Source: Balanoglossus misakiensis
Taxonomy: Eukaryota; Animalia; Hemichordata
Length of the DNA stretch: 64,000 nucleotides
NCBI GenBank assembly: GCA_040954595.2
Contig: CM082583.2
Location: 3,233,060 to 3,297,059, forward strand
Reading direction: 5' to 3'
Shown: piece by piece, positions 55,697-64,000 of the stretch
How the letters are laid out: each line of letters starts with the position of its first letter
How positions within the stretch are numbered: the stretch's first letter is position 1
Made by a program: the position numbers and the translations under genes
Notes under the pieces: generated by a model
Databases searched by the model: none
The model's input: the letters and a program-made list of their open reading frames with translations, nothing else
Told to the model about the DNA's origin: nothing

Positions 55697-57180
55697 CTTC
55701 CTCTGGTAATTTTCTTTATATTAATTTCTGCAAAGAACGCAATAAAACAATCAAGCTGCAAGTGGTGCTGAGGACATCCTTTTTAGAACTTCAATCCATG
55801 GTTCACTGCAAAAGCTACAGTAGTAAAATGCTTGAGGACTGAAAGGAACGGGGGATACAGAGTTGTACCCAGGCTGACCCAGCAAAGCTGTTTAGATCAC
55901 AGACATATATGATTGCAATTCAACCACTGCAATGTACAGTGCTAAGTCTGTTGCAAACGTAAATGGGTTCCTCTTGTGACGTCACGGAAATGGGCGTGGC
56001 CAAAACAGAATTTTCTCAGGCCCTGAACATTTTTAAATTTAACATTTATTTATCCATATGAAATAAGTAAAATGACACCAGCATTTAACGCACAAGCCCA
56101 ATTATTATTTATCCTCAAAAGTGTGTTTAGAGCCAAGATATGCTCTTTAATTTCCACCAATTATTTACAACATGTCACCTACCGGATTTTGCATTCAATG
56201 TATATTGCTAAAAACAAGACGATAAATCACCAGCTCCAGTAAAACAAACATCTAAAAACGGTTGTAAAAGATCAGGAGTGGTTGATTCCTTCACAAGTTA
56301 GAGCTTCAGATACGTGTGAAATAAAAAAACATTTTTCATTTAGGTCTTCTTTCATGTCAAGAAAAGCTTAGAGGCGTTATTGTCAAGTTATTTGCAATAG
56401 AATTCTTTTTTACGGGTGTGTTCCTGTTGCAAACAAATTAAAAAGGTGTGGCTCGTTTGAGGACTGAAAGAAAAAGAGTTGTATAGTCAGAAAACCACCA
56501 ACTTCAGTACCACATACCTGTTAATGTTATTTAAAAACAGAGTGGTTGATTCCTTCACAACGTAGAACTTCTCTCCAGGTACACAACACAACTGAAACTT
56601 GGTCCCGAAGTATCAAGAGCGCTGGTTTTCACCGGGAAAAAATGGCTGAAAGTCACCAGAGCTGGAATTTTGATTACCCCAATCTACCAAGCATGCTTGT
56701 CATGTGATCTGATTGTAAATTAGCTGTGTTGTAAATTGCATTGAGTCTGCTGTCATCCATTTAAAACATGTCAGCTATTGAAATTCAGTTAACTTTGAGC
56801 ACTGACCCATCCACTGTTAGTGAAGTCCCTCAGAACATAAAATTCAATTTCTAAAAGTATTAACTATTATTATACATCGGGCACCGAGAACAATAGAATT
56901 TAGCGTGCAATAAAAAAGCCATATGGAATGGTACGTACCGAACGCGTGTTAAATACGCCTTAAGTTTCAAGGCGACCCAACTCACTGTGTACAGGTATGC
57001 GCTGTTATGCGGACGGTTTCAAGACACCCCCACTCCATCGCACGTAAACAAAAAAGAAAGATGGCTGCTCACTGAGTCAACTGAGCGGTTTTCGATCGAT
57101 TGTATCGGCATTTTGGGCGTTTTGAAAGCCAAGTAACATGCAACACAAGAACTAACGGAGATGTAAGATGTATAATAATA

Positions 57181-57261
57181 AGGTTATTACGAAAATACCG
57201 CAAAGTATGCACTCGGACATTAGCGCTAAGTGCATACTTTGCGGTATTTTCGTAATAACCT
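57181..57261. repeat. Perfect palindrome (33-bp arms)
   Basis: aggttattacgaaaataccgcaaagtatgcact / agtgcatactttgcggtattttcgtaataacct. Confidence 0.8.
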
Positions 57262-57489
57262 CATATTATTTTTCATTACATATTTTCAAAGATTATACAG
57301 GAAAGGGCACCAACTGTCCCGCTGCCAATTTCTAATAGTCAAGAATTTTATTTTTTACAGTAAAGAGAACTCTTAGTTTGGTAGGCTTACTGGTGGGTTC
57401 TAGGACAGTCACCCCCTGGACATGTACCCACCAGACATTTACCCTACTCACATGTGTGTACGCCTAGAAATATACACTAATTATCAAAC

Positions 57490-58870
57490 CTGAGTTGACA
57501 CATTTGCTGTGCAAATAACATATCAAGCTGATGATGGTTCATGAAATTTCAGATGATGACTGGTATTGTAGTGACATATGCAACATGGCTGCAAACCGCC
57601 AACCTAAAGATAACATGCAGCAATACACTTGCTTGACCTGGCGTGGGTTGTACCACATGGCACACAAAGATGCAGAAAGGTATGAAGATGGTGAGGCAAT
57701 CATAAGCCATTGGAGGCTAGATATGGTCCAATTTTGGAAGTTTAACCACTACACAAGTACCTTATTCAGGGCCATAGATTATTAGCTGGTAAGTTTTTAT
57801 TCAGAGTAAAATAATAACTATTTAAAACAAGCTGTCTTTGCTGCTTTTGCATGGATGTGTGATCAGTGTAATAGATGTGGGAACAGTTTATTTTGGTTTA
57901 TATATTACTGGTGCATGTAGCCATTTCAGAGACTTTAATTTGCTTATTTTGGTTTAATAGAAGAAGCTAAATTATGCCAACTATTAGTGATGCAAGGTGA
58001 TTATTCATTTATTGAAATGCTCTTCTCTTTGATAGACATCTTTATCAAGAAACTAATAGTACGCTTGTCATTTTATAAAAATTATCATCATACAATTTCA
58101 GCAAATATTGTTATGTTATTTGAAGGTATTAATGGTTGGCTCCCAAGGAGATTGGCAGAGGAAATTAAATGGAATCGCACAGCAAATATAAATGGTGGTT
58201 TGGGTACTAATGTATCGTTAGACTTGGTGAATGAATTCCTGAATAATGAATTCAAGCGTAAGTAAAAAATTACACCCTTGTAAGACTGATACTTTAAAGC
58301 TCCATAGCTGCAACATTTTGCATTAAATTCTCATGAATATTTTCACTGAAGAATGTGAGTGGAAATATTATTAAGTACTAATGGGACTGTGTATGTACTA
58401 GGTAAATCAAAATAGTTAAATAGGAATATATACATCGAATATGTTTCATTTGTTATTTCCAGTATATTTTCTAATCGTTTTGTCAAATTGTAATGTTTAC
58501 AGAGAACCTGAAGAGATCTCATGGCCAATACACGGATTCCCAAGTGGAAAGGTGCTCAAAGTTGGTAGGATCACTACCAGTCTACACAGTCTTGGCAAGT
58601 CCTTGCAGAAAGTCTATTTTGACAAAGTGGCAGACACATATCAGCATACTGCACACACAACCAGAGCAAATACATCATCAGATGTCAGGAAGTTTGTTAC
58701 TTTATTTCAACAAAGAAAAACTGTTTGATTGCATTCCTGGTAGAAAGCACAAAGCCTTTCCCCAGTTTGAGCATTCCATCTCTGTAAAAAATCCCTCCAA
58801 ACTGAGGAACAGACTACAGAAATATTCTAAAGAGCTGGATGGTGAAAAAAGAATGCTTAGTTTGTCGTGA
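57490..58870 (+). pseudogene. Frameshifted, 5'-truncated DUF6589-like gene relic with two introns (possibly transposon-derived)
   Basis: KDAERYEDGEAIISHWR..FW..NH/KY..; WNRTANINGGLGTNVSLDLVNEFLNNEFK; LFDCIPGRKHKAFP. GT-AG introns ~57789-58125 and ~58258-58502; frameshifts near 57753, ~58585 and ~58710. Confidence 0.65.
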
Positions 58871-58928
58871 ATGTGAATAAAGACAATTGTGAAAAGGCTT
58901 AGTTGCAGATTTCCATGTATGTAAGTAA

Positions 58929-59267
58929 GGGACCGTCTCAGATTGTCACATAAGCTCAACAAACGAAATTTATTCGTTGGGATCCACCCCCCCCCCCTCC
59001 CAAACAAAAGTTCAAAAGTGTGAAAAATTAAGTGTTTATATCCAAAATAAACTACAATGTTGAAGTTTGGCTATAGATATTGAGTAATGTTTGCCTCTGA
59101 TCATATGCACAGTTAGAAAATTCGGAACGTGGGTGTATTCTTTGGTACACATAAAAGGTGTCACCTAAATAAAGTGTGAATGTGAAGTTCTCTAAACGAA
59201 TTGACCTCAAACCCCCCTCCCCCTAAACGAATTTATTTTGGTTGTTGAACTTATGTGTGAAGGTCCC
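58929..59267. mobile_element. PIF/Harbinger-like MITE
   Basis: TAA-gggaccgtc ... gaaggtccc-TAA: 3-bp TAA flanks and GGG..CCC ends. Confidence 0.55.
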
Positions 59268-60076
59268 TAAGGGTAGCTGGAGTAACAATAGGTGGTAAAA
59301 TCTCGACAAAATTGTTTTGTGGGTCACAAGACTCACGAAACAACTTTGTAGAGATTATACGGCCTATCGTTTCTCCAGCTAGCATTACTTTATTTTCTGC
59401 TCTGCTTTTAGTATCGAGCACTTTGTATCGGACCAGTCGCATACTTCATATATGTATGTATGGATGGATGGATGGATGGAGTGGCGAAAGGGCTAAGCCC
59501 TACAGTGACATGATTTTCTGCAAACAATACAACATGTACATGTACATTTAAAACATTCACACTTATAACATTTTTTGCCACATTGGTTGCTCTCAAGGTT
59601 TGCAGTTTGCAAGTAATGCTTTTCTGTTGGAGATGACCTAAAATGGCAACCCGCATTCACATGACCTGGAACAACTTCCGGTTTGGACAGAGTATATTAC
59701 AAATCTGCACATGCATTTTGGTCAGCAAGGCACTGCGCGACTACCCCGAACAGGCCCGATATTATGTGTAGTCACTACAGTTTCTTCTTTTACTCCCTAC
59801 AACAAGTTGTAATGCTCTCATAGTCTATATATGTATAACTTACGATGATATTGTTGACAATAGAATTTTAATCTGGAATAAAATTCAAAATGTCAACAAC
59901 AACCCTGTACTTTACGTGTGTACATGCTTTGTTGACAAGCTGAACACACAGCCAGTATAAAACAAGAAAATGTAGTTGTTGCACAGACAAAAAAGTGAAA
60001 TAATCATTGCAAATTACAGCTACTGTCCCTTTAGCCATAGATAGCAGGAGTCTTCGATCTACAGTCTAGGATCCAA

Positions 60077-62840
60077 TCACGTACTTCCATCAATGGCAAC
60101 CTCTGACTGCACTCTAACATAGAACGGTCCCTGTCTCAGATATTCCCTCAGTCGCAGTAAATAAGGCCTGCCAAACACATCACCTGTTGTAGGAGAATCC
60201 ACTAATGTTTTAACAACTGCATATTTCATTTCTTTTGCATGTTTGTCACTTTCTGTTGATCTATCTAGCAGATATTCAGCAAGACCAGGCAGTTCATTCA
60301 TCAATCTCTGTCCCCACATCTGATTGGCCAAACTTGTTATTACACTTAGGGCTCCACATCTGATCTCCAGAAATGGTTGCTTGCACAATGAGACCATTGT
60401 CTCCATAGGTCGGACATTGATGGCATTAAACCATTTTTCTGTGATGCAAAGAATATCTTCTGTTTGCTCAGATGTCTGCGGAAGTAACAAAAACATATCA
60501 GCACAAGCAAATGCCTTGGTATAACTTTTCATCAAAATACAAATCATTATGCCCTGAGTTTCAGGGTATATGGCAGAACAAACTCCTCAAAAAAACAACT
60601 GATTTACAATATTTTACCAGTTTTTATTATTCTGCTGGAATATCAGATGGGTATTTGAATTCACTCAGCTTGTCACTCACAAAAATACCCCTTTTCCTTC
60701 TGTTTCATGAACATGACCAGAGAACCAAGCAAACTGTATAGTAGAAAGCTATAAATCGAGATCAAAATTTAGTGATGGAAGTGCCAATTACCTTACAAAT
60801 TTTGAAGAGCAGAAATATGCCAAGAATATGGTATTTTATAAATTCATCTGGTTCAGAGTGATGGATGGTGGCAGTCAAGAATTGTTTCTTTAGAATTTTT
60901 GTGAGAGACAGCTGAACTTGACAAGAGTAAAATCTATTTGCATGGACGTACCTCAAGTTTGAGAAGGGATGCAATTGCAGTCAAGGTTCTGATTCTCAAC
61001 TCGGTTGGTGATTGCAAAATTGAAGCTCCTAACTCCCGGACACCATCTTCCATTGCTTTGCCTGAAAATGGACATTAGAAATCCCATTATAAAAAGATAT
61101 TAGTGAGTGTAATAACTATATGTACTCTAATTTTTTTTAGTACACACATGGCATTGGGTGGCAGTGGCTTTGGGAATACATATCACAGAAATAAGTACAG
61201 AGTGTAACATGCACCCAATTGATCAGAATTGATACTCAGACTCACCTTGCTTATTGAGCACAAGTTTACCAGCCACTGAGATTCCAACTATTCCAATGGT
61301 ATCTATGGCAACACCTTTCTGTGTCAGGTCAGGACTTGATAGAAGTGAAAAGACAATCTCAGCAAACATTGGGTGTTTCTCAAACACCTCATTGGGTTCA
61401 ACTCTAGCAACACTTCCAAAGAATTTGATGAGACCTATCAAGAAAATGGAATAATAATACGGCTTGAGATTAAATTGAAAACAATACCTGCAACTTTTCA
61501 ACTCATATCATTCTTGCACCTTCGTGAACTAGGTGACATTGCAGCTCAGTTGTTTTTGTAAGACTTTAACCATGGTTAATGTAAATGGATCGTTGAAAAT
61601 CTCACCTGGTATTAGGAATCCCACCAATGGGTCTGAATCACTCAAAGCCATCATGCTTTCTAACTTTGTGGTAATTCCCTTCTGACCCAGATAGTGGAGA
61701 CCATGTTGACAGCTTGCTAGATTAGAGAGCATTTCGATGCAATTCATCTGCACTAGAAGATCTTCACCTTGGAGTTCAGATATCAACTGATCAATCATCC
61801 CACTGCTGCTACAATATTCCAAAGACTGTGGTGACAACTCTGCAATGTTTACAATATACTGTGGGAGAAATAGATTTAGCGATAAGTTTTTTGACCTGGT
61901 GGCAACACTTTGATTCATAATCTTTTATCCCTCTTTGATTTATTTCATAGAGTACAGCTGAAATGTCTTTTTCCAATATGCTGACTCGATCCAGGCGCCA
62001 GGCCAGTGATTTCCATGCATGTGAGTTTATCTGGGGCTAGAGGGTCGCTACAGACAGTACACATCAATATTTTTGCACTTTACAGCTGGTGTGAATGGAA
62101 AGCCTTTTTGCAACAGTGAAGCAAACAATCGGTTGCTTTCCAGTGGGTTTGGATGCATGAGCACATATGACTTATCGGTACAGCTACAGGACATGATATG
62201 GGGATAAGAATAAAATATCATGTTTGTATTTTGTTTGTGTTATAATGAATTTGATAAAGCCAGAAAATTACGCTCTTACCTCATAGACTCTGTATCTTAT
62301 GATGTCATTTTTCTTCATAACTTTCCTCACTTCTTGAAGCAACGTTTGATGAAAAAGAAACTCTAATCCAGCTTGTGATCTTCCAATACATGTCAGTACA
62401 TTAATGGCTTCCTTTGCAATGCTGATTGCACTGTCTGCAATACACTGTACACATTGATAAACAAGTTCAACAGATGTGTTTAGGATTTGGTTGGTGCCCT
62501 TCTCAGTTTTAGCACATCTACGCACCTGTCAAAATAACATGCACATTATTAAATTCAAGTGTATATAATTAAGCTGTGTACATGTATATCATAGAATCAC
62601 ATTTATGGATTAACTTAAATGTATTTTGTCAAGGTTTTACTACAGCTGTTCTTGAATTTGTCGCAATTTAATCCATACTGACAGAAATGACCTACCTGTG
62701 TTAAAAATAAGTGTTTCACTGGTTCGGAGGAACTCTTCAGTCCATCATATAATTGGTCTTTATACTGAGAAACAATACATGATGGTTCCATGGCTTCAAA
62801 TAATTTCTTCAAAATATCCTTACTTTCTTCACTTTGTTCC
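60077..62840 (-). CDS. PSMD5: 26S proteasome non-ATPase regulatory subunit 5 (partial; first exon not located)
   Basis: DIIRYRVYE, ELQGEDLLVQMNCIEMLSNLA, GLIKFFG, KQPFLEIRCGAL, EYLLDRSTESDK, RLREYLRQGPFYV..VAIDGST*; at least 6 exons. Confidence 0.92.
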
Positions 62841-63767
62841 CTAAAAATTAGAACACAGAACAAGAAAACTTCAAGGTCTGTGCACATTATTGAATGTTAT
62901 GCTGTACACTAGGATGCAACAGATGGAAAACATAGCATCAAGGACACTGTGGTCCTATTTGGAGATTACAGAGAAATAGGTATACACCAGAATAAAAATC
63001 CCAGGTGACAATTGGCAAGATATGACCTAACCATGATTTAAAGATGTGGGAAAAGTAAAAAGAAATTAACAGGAACATGCCCAATCAAGTGTCATGTGTC
63101 ATGCCAGTCTTAGAAGCAGTGCTAAAGAAATTTATTTTTGACCAAAAAACTTTCAAAAGTGGCAAAAACACAAATATCAGTCCGTAGGGGTAATCAGCAC
63201 CCCCCCCCCCCCCCCCAACGGTACAGCTGTGTTACCACAGCTAGCCTCTGATAGAGGCCTTGTAACGCCGGGAACACATAGACCTGTACGCACGGCTAAA
63301 ACGAAGGCAAAACCCCGAGCTACTGAACTGCAGCTAACCATGGGGAGTAGCCAGTAAAAAAATCATCACACGGCTTTCGCATAGTAACCCAGTCATGCCA
63401 GTGTCTGTAGTTTCTGCTACACATGCTCGTCATAACGCAGAATCATGCATCGTATTCTTGTCTTTTACCTGTTGTTCCCGTGCAGACATGAAAATAGCGC
63501 ATCAAACGACAGGTTTGGTGCCACATCTGCCAATGTTGCAGTGTTCAACTGAGCAAGTAAAGTCCTCAGTTCCTGTAAGGTGGCAAGTTTGTCGTCTGAT
63601 CCAGATAGACTTGCTAGCAGACCAACAATCGTGGAGGTCGCCATTTTGATTTCGCTCTACCTCCACAAGGGGGCGTTGTTTTGGTCGTCCAGCTGAGCCC
63701 AAGCAACTGTTTGCCAAGTTCTTTGGCAAATTGTCTTTACTGCCCATACCACAGGGAACTCAGTAAT

Positions 63768-63800
63768 TTTGTTATTGTTATTGTTGTTGTTATTATTATT

Positions 63801-63842
<42 letters not shown>
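63768..63842. repeat. (GTT/ATT)n microsatellite
   Basis: direct tandem repeat. Confidence 0.9.
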
Positions 63843-64000
63843 AAGATTGGTAATAAAATTTTAAAAAAAATCAATGTGTCATTTCTTGCTATGTTTGTCG
63901 ATGTTGTAGATAACTGTAAAAAAAAAACCAACCATAATCGTGGAAAACACGACCTAGGTCGCCGAATGTCACTACCGTCTTACATACAGGCAAGGGTGGA

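Overview
Eukaryotic, AT-rich, intron-rich genomic DNA with no prokaryotic features. The gene content and repeat style suggest a marine invertebrate, possibly a hemichordate-like deuterostome (inference). Genes in order: TP53BP1-like (-, runs off the left edge), intronless STYX (+), ANAPC11 (-), TAF1C (+), LRRC61 (-), a cytosolic sulfotransferase (-), PTS (-), an unusual signal peptide/GT-B-like/TM/coiled-coil/NHL gene (-), a frameshifted DUF6589-like relic (+) and PSMD5 (-, 5' end not located). Many short palindromic MITE-like repeats lie in the introns. Top observation: the ANAPC11 reading frame closes only if a single-nucleotide exon (G at 16656, in the context CAG|G|GTAAGT) is included, which echoes the 1-nt exon reported in plant APC11. 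Also notable are a putative type-I membrane protein joining a degenerate glycosyltransferase ectodomain to a cytoplasmic NHL propeller, and a U12-type intron in TAF1C. Gene identities come from recalled protein similarity, not database searches. Exon boundaries were read by eye.
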